Shown here: one piece after another, positions 49,671 through 61,934 of the stretch | Position numbering within the stretch: position 1 is the first letter of the stretch | Layout of the letters: the number at the start of each line of letters is the position of its first letter | From: Azolla caroliniana | Taxonomy: Eukaryota; Plantae; Polypodiophyta | DNA length: 64,000 bases | Direction: 5' to 3' | Assembly (NCBI GenBank): GCA_043228905.1 | Contig: JBHGNT010000020.1 | Location: 620,001-684,000 of the forward strand | The notes under the pieces: generated by a model | The model's database searches: none | What the model saw: the letters and a program-made list of their open reading frames with translations, nothing else | Told to the model about the DNA's origin: nothing | Made by a program: the position numbers and the translations under genes

Positions 49671-52312
49671 AGGCGGGCCGGTTTTCTCCGTGCCAACTTA
49701 ATTTGGCGCATGCCGGTGGATGCGCGGTTAGGTGGGGGCGGATGTCGTGAAGAAAACCGCCCACAAGAGGAATCGGAGGAACAAGGCGTGGGAAACGGCT
49801 CTACACACACACGCGCGCCAAGAAGTACCTAAGGACGAAGTAGGTACATACGAGGATCCTAGGTGGGAAGATTCGGTTGGTATGCAGTTAATGCCAAACG
49901 GCCCCTTGACGGGCTATAAAAGGAAGAGGAAGAATAGAAGTGGGGGCATCTCCCGCGGAGAGGACGAAGTGCTGCCGAACCGATTTCGGAGCTTCTCTCT
50001 CACTCCTGCTCTCTCTCTGTCTTCTGCTCCATCGCGTACCTGTGCAGGTTTCGAGGAGGCCTGCGCAGCTCCGTGGAACGCCCCGAGTGCGTCCTGCAGC
50101 ACCTCCGACCTGTTTTCCCTTTCTGTGCGTCGCGACATACAGGGGTCGGCAGCTGTTCGCCGCCCTGTTCGTTTCGTTAGTATCTATTTTTTTTTGTGCC
50201 CCACTGTGGGTTGTAATGCTTTAGTCTGTTATTTTCTTGCATTCATAAGTACATATCTCTCGTTGTTGCGTCCATCTGCGTCGGCGTTTATTTGTGATCT
50301 CTGTTTGTTGGGCCGTGTCCCTGTGCAATTGTCGGTTCTGCGCAATCGGATCTTCGGTTCTGTGTAATCGGGTCTCTCTCTCTTACTCCTCTCTCTCTTG
50401 CTCTTCGGTTCGAGACCCCCGTGGTCCCTCCTCCTTTCTACACGCAAGGGCGTAGCAACCCCGACAACGTACTCGTGAAACTTCGCGACATCTTTGGTGA
50501 ACCCGACGTGAAGAGGCGGCAATGGAGGACGGAGATGGAAGAAGACTTCGACTTCGAGGAGATGATGGCAAAGATCGTAATGGATGCGCGACGGAAAAAG
50601 GCGAGGCGAGATGCGGCTCAACAAGCCGTCGAGAGGGTGGTCGATCGAGTCGGCCGATTCAACGGGGACGATGTCCCGAGGTTCTTGGAAGCGTACGATG
50701 CCGAGATGACGGAGTGAGGCGTGGACGAAGTGATGCGGCTAGAGTATTTTTGTCAAGTGGCGGCCTTATCAGTGCATAAAGAGGTCAAGGAGCTTCAAGA
50801 AGCTCACGAGTCATGGGAGTCCTTCGAGGGAGCTCTAATGGAGGCATACAGATACGCGAAACCAAAGTGGGTATGTCGGCAATATGAAGGGGAGCGGTCG
50901 GCAACGACTTGGCCCGCGAGCGACGGAAAAGAGAGGGTGATGAGTGAGAGTTATGGCTGACGGTCTCAAGATTGAGATCAAATTTTCTCCTTTGAAAAGG
51001 AGAAGGGAGAATTTGACCACTCATCTTGTATTGGGCCTCACCCCTTACATCTATAAATGGGAGTGAGGGGTCACATTTGAAGGGATTGCCTAATTTTGAG
51101 TGTGAGTGAGGTATACCACTTAGTCTAGGGTTCTCCTTCTTCCCATTTCGCTTTAGGGTTAGGGTTCGCTTAGGGTTTTCTTCTTCTTCTTCTTATGACT
51201 AATTCGCTTACGGTTTCATATATCGTGGGGTGCGGCCTATGCGACCATGATTATTGTAATCATTCATTTCTTAATAGAACTTCTTGTTGAGTATCTTGAC
51301 TGCATCTTCTTCTTCTTCTTCTATCATAATGTCATATTCGTTCTCTTCTCCTCTTGAGCTATGAGCTAATCTTCGTTGTCTTAACCTTACTCCTCTTCTC
51401 CCTAGTCCAAGACCCCCGTGGTCCCGCCTAGGATCTACACGTACTCGCGAAACTTCGCGACAACGTGCCGCACTTGAGGGGGAGAAAGGGTAGCAAAGGC
51501 ACCAGAACGGGCAAAGGCAAAGAAACTGTTGCTGGCATTAGTAAGGGAAGAACCGGAAGAGGGGCAGACAAGAAGGAAAAGGAGGCCGGGTCGACGAAGG
51601 AAGTCAGCACATCCGAACAAGTCGGAACAAGCGGCAGCAGCGGCAGAGTCAAGAAGGACAGAGCCGACTGGAAGAAGAAGGCTAAGACCCGGACATGACC
51701 CAATGTGGTGAAGGGCGTGGAACTGGAAGACGAATCGGGAGCGACCGATTCAGACAAGAGTTGGAACGAATCGGAGATAGCCGATTCGGTTCAACAAACG
51801 GATTCGGAAGAACCGGATCAATTCAAGGCCAAGAGGACGAGATGGCAGCAAAAGTCAACGCCAACACGAAGGAATCGGCGAGTCGACAAGCGCCGATGTC
51901 ACAACAGCAAGGGAGCTTATTTGGGCTTGTTGAGCAGACAAGGTGACCGAGTAGGTCGAGATGCTCAGAAATAGAAGGGTCGCGGCAAACGGGACCGGAC
52001 CGGACGAAGAGGGCGAGCAAGGCAAAGTGACGCCAGAAGGAGCCCGGTGGAAGGACCGGCTGCCATGGAGACTGACCCTACGATCCAACCACAAGTTAAG
52101 CATGAGGGGGAGTGTTGAGCGGCAAGCTCAACCAGATCCGGATCGGCATCCGCCGGATCGGTGAGACGGATGGGACGGATCGGCGAGCCGGTGAGCAAGT
52201 GAGCCGGTTAGCCGGATCCAGCAGTAATTAGAAGCCTAGTAATAGCTTAGATTACTAGGTAGTTATTGTCTCTTAGTTAGTGTCAAACGCTTGTGTGAGC
52301 ATTGAAGTACGC

Positions 52313-55300
52313 TGTCGTGAAGAAAACCGTCCCTTAGCGCAATCGGTGTGTAGCGCGCGTGAACTGGCTTTCACGCGTGCGCGCCCTTTAATGTATATAA
52401 TAGGGAATTAGGTACAAAGGAATATCCTAGGTAGTTAGATTCGGTAGGTAGGAAGTTAATGAGGGAAACGGCTCCCTTCTTGAAGCGATAAAAGAGAGGG
52501 AGACGCGGGGGGAAAGAGATATTTTTTTTTTGGGAGGACGAAGTGCGATCGGATGGAAACCGAACGCTTCTCCTCTGTTCGTTTGGGATCGCTCTTCTCT
52601 ACAGGTTTTCGGGAGGCTCGCGCTGCTTCGAGGAACGCTCGTGTGCTTCCGGCAGCACCTCCATCCTATCCCTTTTCGTGCGCAGACGAGCAGGCATTGG
52701 CACCTGTTCGCTGGCCTGTTCGGTTGTAACCGCTCGCGTGCTCTGTTGTTTATTTGTCATTCATTAATATACAAACATTTGTGTCTCTCTGTCTTTGTGT
52801 CCATTCGTGTCTTCTGCGTTGATAGGGCCGTGTCCCTGTGTTTCTTTGCTCATACGTAACCGAGCGTCTCTTTCTCTTTCTCTTTCCCCCCTTCTATCAC
52901 CTGCTCTTTGGTTCAAGACCCCGGTGGTTCCGCCTCGTTTCTCCACGCACGCGCGTAGTAACATGACATCTTTGGTGAACCCGACGTGAACAAGGCGGCA
53001 GAGGAGCAGAAGATGAGGGGGTCGGATCTTGCAGAGGCCATGGCTTCGGCCGTGGACCAGATAGTGAGCGCGCGCGAGGGCACCGGCGCCCTTGACAGGG
53101 CTATTGAGGCGATCGTCGGTACGATCGGCCGGTTCAGTGGAAAGGATACCACGAGTTATTTGGCGTCCTACCGGGCAGAGATGTTGATGAGGGATATTCC
53201 GGAAGAGAGGTGTCTTGCCGGATTCCCTCGAGTGGCGATGCCGGGCATCCATGCGGAGGTGCTCGAGGTTCGGGCGGAGAGCCGGACCTGGGAGGAGTTC
53301 GAAGGACGGTTCCTGGAGAAATATGGGCTGGATGACGCGCTTCGACTTTCGAAACGGGGCTTCATGGAGTGGGTGGAGTCCCCCAACAAAGGAAGAAATG
53401 CGTCGGTACTCCTCCGGGAGTTTGAGGAACGCTTTGCGCGCCTTTCGGCGCTCGATCGGACCGTTCTGGACACAAGTCGTGTCCTACTGTTTGTCAAATC
53501 GGTTGACGCACGGGATCGGGAGCAAGTGGGCTCCTTACTGGAAACCGAAGATGGGCTGACGGCCGACTGGGCCGCGGTAAAAAGAGTCTGCGGCCGTTTT
53601 GACAAATGGTGGGAGTGGGCTGATACAGGGGCGGTTCCTGTCGTAGCAAGGAAGCTCGAACCGATACCATAGGCGCGAAGGGAAGAGACTCGGGAGTGGC
53701 TCGAAACTGGTTCGGCTTCGACCGGCGTGGTCAAAGGCTCGTCCGGGGGAACAGCTTTGGAGGAGTTGAGACGGGCGGTAAAGGATCTCCAGATCGCCTA
53801 GGCTCGGAGGGAAGGCGGCGAACAAGCTCATGACCGACGGCCTCCGGCAGAAAATAGGTGCATGTGGTGCGACGAGGTCGGCCACATTCGGAAAGACTGC
53901 GGGGACTTTGCGGAGGCCTTGAGAAGCCGAGTAGTGTACCTGTGGGAAGGTCGGGTGCACTCCAGTGATACCCGGAGGGCCCTGAACAGAAACGACGGGC
54001 GAGGAGGAATGAAAAGGCTGATGGAAGAGGCGGCGGCCCGGCACATGGAGATCGTCCACTACTCGGCATCAGCCGATATTCGGGTCGGAGGCAGCGAGGC
54101 CCGGAAGGAGAGCAAAGCCGGGTTCTGGCCGACGATGCTGGAAGGCCTCGTCGGTGCCCGACTAAGGAAAGACGAGGCGGACCGCGCAGAGAAGCGGGTC
54201 CAGGAGGTAACCGGTTGGAGTGACCCGGGCGAAGAAAAGATGGGTTTCGTCGAAGCAGCTTGCCAGAACTACGAGGCTCTGGTTGAAGACAAACGGGTAG
54301 GTAAAACCGGAGGGGCCAGACCCTCACAGAGATACGAGACCCGATTCGGGCCGAAACGGAACGAGGCCGGTGAGACCAGTGCCCGGGATAACTACAAGAA
54401 GGGCGGATACCGGTTGGGCACGAAGATCGAAAGGACCACGGACCTACGAAAGGTCCTAGAAGAACGAATCCTCGACAGCAAGGTGGAACTGTCGTTGCGA
54501 GAGGTGCTCGGAATCGCCAAGAAGGAGTTCCACGACTCCATCGTAGACTTGGTGAAGAGGAAGAGGTTGTCGACGGAGACAGAACCGGAAAGGCCGGTGG
54601 AGGTGCGGACGACGCACATAGAGGACATCGCGCTGGAAGATGAGTGGGCGGAGAGTCACTATTCGAGGCCACACTGGGCCCGAGCGACCACGGAAACCCC
54701 GGTGAAGATCGGAGATGTTCAGGAACCGGTGGTGGCGCTGGTGGACCACGGTTCGGAAATAAACCTGATGTCCATGGACTTCTACAAGAAGGGGAAATGG
54801 CCGGTCAACACCAAGCACGGGTGGAAGATACGGGCGGCGACACGCGCCACCGAGGAACTACACGGGGCCTGCCCAAACGTGCGAGTCAAGATCGGCGACG
54901 TCGAGATAGGCCAACACTTCTTTGTGCAGGAGACGTCCTCGCACCCAGTCATATTGGGAGAACCGTACATTACGGCAGCACGGATGGAGACCAAGGTGTT
55001 GGACAACGGGTCGGCTTACGCGAGGGTCAAGAGTCAGGACGGGCGTCATTCAGTCCAGTTCCTAACGATGCGACCGAACCACGAGCGAAACCGCGAGTCC
55101 CTCGGTGGCGAGAACCGAGAGGATTTTTAGAGAGGGCTGTCAAGGCGTGGGGCCGCGATAGTCCGAACACTCTGGGAAAACCCCACAAATGTACGATAGC
55201 GGCAAAACCGAAGAAACCTTGTACCATAAGATGGAAGTTTTGTTTCTCCGACAATGGAGGGTGTACGATAGTTGGCGTCGTTGGCCGAGAAAAGACAAGG

Positions 55301-58300
55301 GCGGAAGAGCGACTTCGGGCGTGCGGAGTTCTTGGGCCCAGCGAGGAAATCAATGGAGCTGTGGAGGCGGTCTCCTTCGACGATACCTTGGGAATACTGC
55401 GAGAGGTGGTCAGAGAGGGCCTTAAAGAGGACCGGACGGTACCGGTTTGTTCAGAAGAGATGTACGAAGTCATCGCGGACTTCAGTCGAGGGCTCGAGTC
55501 GGATCGGACGGCCCGGGTTAACACGAAGTACAAGACTGTGGATCGGAAGGTAAGGCCAGTCGCGGCACCCTTACCGGAGGGCAGCGAGTTGCGAATCAAG
55601 GGGGTCGCGGCGGACCCCAGTTTACGAGATCCGGCCTGCATAGGACACACCTTCACCGACAGAACGCTACGGGAGCTCAAAATCAGTGGGGGCGGGTTCC
55701 TACTGCCGGCGGAAGAAAACCGGTTTCGGAGAATGCTCGGAAGGCACGGGAAAGCCTTCGCATTCTCACCGGAAGAGATCGGGTGCGTAAACCCGATAGT
55801 CGTGAAGCCGATGGTGATATTCAGGGTACCGCATGTGCCGTGGAATCTCAAACCAATTCCAGTACCGAGAGCTCACATCCCGGAGCTGATGGAGCTGTTG
55901 AGGCAGAAAGTCGATATGGGCATCCTCGAACCGTCGAGTGCCCCGTACTCGAACCGGTGGTTTACCGTACCGAAGAAGAACGGGACGCTGCGCTTCATTC
56001 AAGACCTGCAACCGGTCAACAGAGTGACCATTCGGAACGCAGGAATCAGACCAACGATAGACAAGTTCGCAGAGGCCTTCATCGGAAGGTCGATCTACTC
56101 GGTCGGTGATCTATACTCGGGGTACGATCAGTTCCAACTAGCAGTGGAGAGCAGAGATATTACGACGATGCGAACTCCTCTCGGCCTAGTGCGGATGTGT
56201 ACCCTGCCACAAGGAGGGACGAACTCGGTGGCCCACATGGTGAATGCGATGAACAAGGTGTTGAGGGATTGTATCCCGGACATCACCATGCCATTCTTGG
56301 ACGACATCCCGATCAAGGGATGTCCGGTGGAGGAAAAGGACGAAACGATCGGACCGGACGGATGCCGGAAATTCGTGGCGACACACATTGATGACTGCGA
56401 GAGGGTGTTGCAGAGGCTAGAGGACGTGAGGCTCACCTTCTCCGGGGAGAAATCGGCCTTCGGGCAATCAGAGATCATGGTCGTCGGACATCTATGCGGA
56501 CCGTATGGCCGGAAACCGTCTCCGGCTAAGGTGGAAGCCATCTCCGCAATGAAGCCCGATTGTAACTCGGTCACGGAGGTACAGAGGTTCTTGGGAGCAT
56601 GCGCGTTCTACCACATATAGATCTTGCATTACGCCCACGTTGCCGAGCCGCTATACGGGTTGCTGAAAAAGGGGCGAAGATTCGAGTGGCGAGACGAGCA
56701 TACGGAGTCGGTCCGAAAGATGAAGGAGGCTCTTGCTGCATCTCCGGCACTCCGAAAGGCTATCTACGAGAAAGGCACTCCCATCTACATAACGGTAGAT
56801 ACAAGTCCGACCGGGATCGGATGGGTCGTCAACCAAGAAGATGAGGACGACATTCGGTTCCCAATCCGGTTCGGCGCGAAGGTCCTCAACGAGCGACAAC
56901 GAGGATACGCCCAGGTTAAACGCGAACTCTGGGGTATCGTTTCGGCGGTGAAGGCCGATAAAGACTATCTGATCGGGACAGAGGTGATTATCGAGACGGA
57001 CTGCCTGCCGATTCTCGGCATGGTTTCCGGATGCGCAACCCCGGACCTGGCAATGCTCAGGTGGATAGCGTACATCAAGTCCCTGGATCTGAAAATACGA
57101 CACATTTCCGGGAAAGACAATGCCATGGCCGACCTGCTTTCGAGGGCGCGATTCGACGACGAGGGCGGCATGGTTTCGGAGGACGAGGAAGTCGGCGTGG
57201 ACTTCTTCGAGGCGGCTTACGTGACAACCGAGGGGGGGAGCACTCCGGCGCTTAACGATTTCAATGAGAGCAAGTACGACGGGGAGTGGCTACAGATTGG
57301 GGGATTCTTGAGGACGATGACGCCGGACGCGTCATGGACAAAGAACGAGGCCAACCGGATCTGGAAGAAAGCATACTGATTCTTTCTCCGAGACGGATAC
57401 TTGTAGAAGCACCCGAAGAAGAGAAACGACATCCCGCTCCGAGTAGTGGCGATGGAGGAGGAATAGGAGGAGTTGTTGAAGGCCTACCACGACAGCCCCT
57501 GGGCTGGACACCGTGGGATGTGGGCCACGTTCGAGAAACTAAAGGGGAAGTAATGGTGGTCGGGACTGTACCGGGACGTGCATCGGTTCATGACAACTTG
57601 TGAGAGCTGTCAGATACACTCCATAGTCCGACATCGGGATGGTAGATTTGGTGACAATGTCGATGGGCGTAGGGCAGATGCGATATCTGGTGTTGGCCCA
57701 AGAGGACCTGACGAACCAGGTGGAAGGCCGAGCCCTGCAGAACAAAACGACCGCGGTCGTGTGTCGGTTCCTGATCGAGGACGTGATATGCCGGTACGGG
57801 TGAGTCTGGAAGATCGTGGCTGACCGCGGGGAGTTGGACGCCGAAGAGGCCGAGGAGCTGTTCGACCGGTTAGGGGTCAAGCTCTCGCTCACCACAGCGT
57901 ACAATCCGGAGGCGAATGGGAAGGTGGAGCGTGGACACGGACCGATCGTCAAAGCGTTAGTCCAAGCGTGCGGAGGCCAGGTCGGGAACTGGCCACGACT
58001 GTTACCTTATGCCTTGTGGGCGGACCGGACAACGCACAGTTCGGTAACCGGGCTCATGCCGTCAGAGCTCATGTTCGGACAGAAGCCGATCATGCCGATG
58101 GAACAGACGATCTCCTCTTGGGCGACAGTGGACTGGAGAGACGAGATGAGCAGGGAAGAACTGCTAGCGGTGCGTATACGGCAGCTCGAGCGGAGGCCAG
58201 AGAACGTGGAACGAGCGGCAGAGAGACTTCGAACGGTGAGGATGAGGAACAAAGCCCGGTTCGACCGGACGCACCGGCTCAGACCAAAGAAAATCGAGGA

Positions 58301-58358
58301 AGGCGACTGGGTGCTACTCTACGACAATAGCCTCGACAACCAACACCGGGCAACACGG
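52313..58358 (+). mobile_element. Gypsy element C (same family): 5' LTR 52313-52968, PBS-Trp 52973-52990, gag-PR and pol with nonsense mutations; interrupted by D
   Basis: High similarity to the ORFs of A. Stops at 53670, 56618, 57377 and elsewhere. Inserted in the 3' LTR of E after ACGC. Confidence 0.95.
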
Positions 58359-59034
58359 TGTCGTGAAGAAAACCGTCCACAAGCGGAATCGGTGCACAGG
58401 AGCGTAGGAACCGGCTCTTCTCGAATGTTGTCCTTAGAAGATCCTAGGCGGGTAGATTTAGTGGGTAGGAAGTAAAGGGGAAACGGCTCCTTCCTTGCCT
58501 ATAAAAAGGAGGGAGACGAGAAGGGGGAGGGGATCGCGGAGAGTCGAGGACGAAGTGCTGTCGGTTTGCGTGCAAAGGCTTCTCTCTCTCTCTCTGGTTC
58601 GCAAACTCCATAGCTTCCTTCTGTGCAGGTTTCGGGAGGCTCGCGCTGCTCTGAGGAATGCCCGAGTGCTTCCGGCAGCACCTCCAACCTGTTCTTGTCT
58701 TTCTGTGCGTTTACGAACAGGTATCGGCATCTGTTCGCCGGCCTGTTCGGTTGTAGCCGACTTCGTGTTTTTTTTGTAGCTTCCGTGTTCTTGTTGTTGT
58801 CTTTGTTAATACATACATACATTCGTGTCTCTCTGTGTCGCTGTCCCACTCGCGTCTTTGTGTCGAAGGGCCGTGTCCCTGTGAATCTACGCTCGCACGT
58901 AGTGGGTCTCTTGCCCTTCCTCTCTTGCTCTTCGGTACAAGACCCTTGAGGTCCCACCTCATTCCACGCATCCGCGAGGAATACCTCGACATCTTGGTGA
59001 ACCCGACGTGAAGGAGGCGGCAGAAGAGCAGAAG

Positions 59035-61161
59035 ATGAAGGGGTCGGATCTTGCAGAGGCCATGGCTTCGGCCGTGTATCGGATATTGAGTGCACGCGAG
59101 GGCACCGGCGCCCTCGACAGAGCCATTGAGGCGGTCGTCGGTATGATCGGCCGGTTCAGCGGAAAGGATGCCACGAAGTATTTGGCGTCCTACGGGGCAG
59201 AAATGTTGATGCGGGACATTCCGGAAGAGAGGCGTCTTGGCGGGTTTCCTCGAGTGGCGATGCCGAGCATCCATGCGGAGGTGCTCGAGGTGCGGGCGGA
59301 GAGCCGTACCTGGGAGGAGTTCGAAGGCCGACTCCTAGAAAAATACGGGCTGGACGACGCGCTCCGGCTTTCGAAACAGAACTTCATGGAATGGGTGGAG
59401 TCCCCCGGCAAGGGAAGAAACGCGTCGGCACTCCTCCGGGAGTTCAAAGAACGCTTTGCGCGCCTTTCGGCGCTTGACCGAACCGTTCTGGATACGAGCC
59501 GGGTCCTATTGTTCGTCAAGTCGGTGGACGAGCGGGACAGAGATCATGTCGGCTCCTTGCTGGAAACCGAAGACGGGCTAACAACCGACTGGGCTGCGGT
59601 TAAGAGAGTCTGTGGCCGTTTCGACAAACGGCGAGAATGGGCTGACAACGGGGTGGCCGGTGCGGGCTCTGTCACAGCAAGGAGGCTTGAACCGGCACCG
59701 CAAGTGCGAAGGGAAGAAACCCGGGAATGGCTCGAAATCGGTCCGGCTTCGGCCGGCATGGTCAATGGCTCGTCCGGAGGAGCAGCGCTGGAGGAGTTGA
59801 CGCGGGCGATAAAGGATCTCCAGATCGCCCAGACTCGAAGGGAAGGCGGCGAACCGGCTCATGACCGACGGCCGGCAGCGGGGAACAGGTGCATGTGGTG
59901 CGACGAGGTCGGCCACATTCGGAAGGACTGCGGCGATTTCGCAGAGGCGTTGAGGAACCGGGTGGTGTACCTGTGGGAAGGTCGAGTGCACGTCGGCGAC
60001 ACCAGGAGGGCCCTGAACCAAAACGACGGGCGAGGAGGTATGAAGAGACTGATGGAAGAGGCAGCGGCCCGACACGTAGAGGCCATCCACTACTCCGTGT
60101 CGGCCGGAATTCGGGTCGGGGGTAGCGAGGCCCGAACAGAGGGCAAAGACGGATTCTGGTCGGCAATGCTGGAAGGTCTTGCCGGCGCACGGCTAAGGAA
60201 AGATGAAACGGACCGCGCTGAGAGACGGGTTCGGGAAATAATCGGGTGGAGCAATCCGGTCAAGGAGAAGACGGGCTTCGTAGAAGCCGCCTGCCGGAAC
60301 TACGAGGCTCTGGTAGAAGACAAACGAGTGGGGAAAGCCGGAGCGGCCGGGCCCTCACAACGGTACGAGACCCGATTCGGGCAACGACGGAACGATGTCG
60401 GCGGGTCCAGCTCGCAAGATAACCCCAGGAAGGGCGGATACCGACTGGGGACGGAGATAGAAAGGACTACGGACCTACGAAAGGTCCTAGAAGAACGGAT
60501 CCTCGACAGCAAAGTGGAGCTGTCATTGCGAGAGGTGTTAGGGATCGCCAAGAAGGAGTTCCACGACTCCATTGTAGACCTGGTGAAACGGAAGAGGCTG
60601 TCGACGGAGACGGAACCGGAAAGACCGGTGGAGGTGCGGACGACGCACATCGACGACTCGGCGCTGGCAGATGAGTGGGCGGAGAGCCACTATTCGAGGC
60701 CACACTGGGCCCGAGCGACCACGGAGACCCCGGTAAAGATCGGAGATGTTCAGGAACCGGTGGTGGCATTGGTGGACCACGGTTCGGAAATAAACCTGAT
60801 GTCCATGGACTTCTATAAGAAGGGGAAGTGGCCGATCAACACCAAGCATGGGTGGAAGATACGGGCGGCGACGCGCGCCACCGAGGAACTGCATGGGGCC
60901 TGCCCGAACGTGCGAGTCAAGATCGGCGACGTCGAGATAGACCAACACTTCTTTGTGCAGGAGACGTCCTCGCACCCAGTCATATTGGGAGAACCGTACA
61001 TTACGGCAGCACGGATGGAGACCAAGGTGTTGGACAACGGGTCGGCTTACGCGAGGGTCAAGAGTCAGGACGGGCGTCATTCAGTCCAGTTCCTGACGGT
61101 GCGACCGAACCACGAGCGAAACCGCGAGTCCCTCGGTGGCGAGAACCGAGAGGATTTGTAG
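59035..61161 (+). CDS. gag: Gag-protease polyprotein of element D
   Basis: Open ORF colinear with the gag-PR of A (CMWCDEVGHIRKDC; ALVDHGSEINL). Confidence 0.85.
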   Translation: MKGSDLAEAMASAVYRILSAREGTGALDRAIEAVVGMIGRFSGKDATKYLASYGAEMLMRDIPEERRLGGFPRVAMPSIHAEVLEVRAESRTWEEFEGRLLEKYGLDDALRLSKQNFMEWVESPGKGRNASALLREFKERFARLSALDRTVLDTSRVLLFVKSVDERDRDHVGSLLETEDGLTTDWAAVKRVCGRFDKRREWADNGVAGAGSVTARRLEPAPQVRREETREWLEIGPASAGMVNGSSGGAALEELTRAIKDLQIAQTRREGGEPAHDRRPAAGNRCMWCDEVGHIRKDCGDFAEALRNRVVYLWEGRVHVGDTRRALNQNDGRGGMKRLMEEAAARHVEAIHYSVSAGIRVGGSEARTEGKDGFWSAMLEGLAGARLRKDETDRAERRVREIIGWSNPVKEKTGFVEAACRNYEALVEDKRVGKAGAAGPSQRYETRFGQRRNDVGGSSSQDNPRKGGYRLGTEIERTTDLRKVLEERILDSKVELSLREVLGIAKKEFHDSIVDLVKRKRLSTETEPERPVEVRTTHIDDSALADEWAESHYSRPHWARATTETPVKIGDVQEPVVALVDHGSEINLMSMDFYKKGKWPINTKHGWKIRAATRATEELHGACPNVRVKIGDVEIDQHFFVQETSSHPVILGEPYITAARMETKVLDNGSAYARVKSQDGRHSVQFLTVRPNHERNRESLGGENREDL

Positions 61162-61934
61162 AGAGGGCTGTCAATGGAGGGTGTATGATAGTCGGCATCG
61201 TCGGCCGAGAAAAGACAAGGGCGGAAGTGCGACTTCGAGCGTGCGGAGTTCTCGGCCCGGACGAGGAAATCAGCGGAGCCGTGGAGGCGGTCTCCTTCGA
61301 CGACACCTTGGGAATGCTGAGGAAGGTAGCCAGAGAAGACCTTAACGAGGACCGGACGATACCGGTATGTTCCGAAGAGATGTACGAAGTCATCGCGAAC
61401 TTCAGTCGGGGGCTCGGGTCGGATCGGATGGCCCGAGTTAGCACGAGGTACAAGACTGTGGACCGGAAGGTAAGGCCAGTCGCGGCACCCTTGCCGAAGG
61501 GCAGCGAGTCCCGAATCAGAGGGGTGGCGTCGGACCCCAGTTTACGAGATCCGGCCTGCATAGGACACACCTTCACCGACCGAACGCTCCGGGAGCTCAA
61601 AATCGGTGGGGGCGGGTTCCTACTGCCAGCGGAGGAAGACCGGTTTCGGAGAATGCTCGGAAGGCACGGGAAAGCCTTCGCATTCTCACCGGAAGAGATC
61701 GGGTGCGTAGACCCGACGATCGTGGAGTCGTTGGTGATATTCACGGTACCGCATGTACCGTGGAATCTCAAGCCGATTCCAGTACCCAGAGCTCACATCC
61801 CGAAGTTGATGGAGCTATTGAGGCAGAAAGTCGATATGGGTATTCTCGAACCGTCGAGCGCGCCATACTCGAACCGATGGTTTACCGTACCAAAGAAAAA
61901 CGGAACATTGCGCTTCATTCAGGACCTGCAGCTG

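Larger units (their letters stand above)
43289..50466 (+). mobile_element. Intact young Ty3/gypsy element A (non-chromovirus): LTRs 43289-44012 and 49743-50466, PBS-Trp 44016-44033, PPT about 49731-49742, TSD ACGT
   Basis: 724-bp TG...CA LTRs with only 2 mismatches seen by eye. ACGT at 43285-43288 and 50467-50470. Both ORFs uninterrupted. Confidence 0.97.
42528..51462 (+). mobile_element. Non-autonomous (deleted) gypsy element B: 5' LTR 42528-43288 plus 50471-50490, PBS-Trp 50495-50512, gag fragment to about 50940, truncated 3' LTR 50941-51462; TSD ACGT
   Basis: ACGT at 42524-42527 and 51463-51466; removing B restores the copia reading ...QHVDVPHLRGR. 42787-43288 matches 50941-51442. Gag fragment VGRFNGDDVPRFLEAYDAEM is homologous to A. 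Confidence 0.92.
37746..52312 (+). mobile_element. Copia element E: 5' LTR 37746-38165, PBS-Met 38166-38177, PPT 52102-52112, 3' LTR from 52113 (interrupted at 52312); hosts B/A and C/D
   Basis: Both LTRs start tgttgagcggcaag and align. TGGTATCAGAGC PBS. Domain order gag-PR-INT-RT-RH. Confidence 0.95.
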
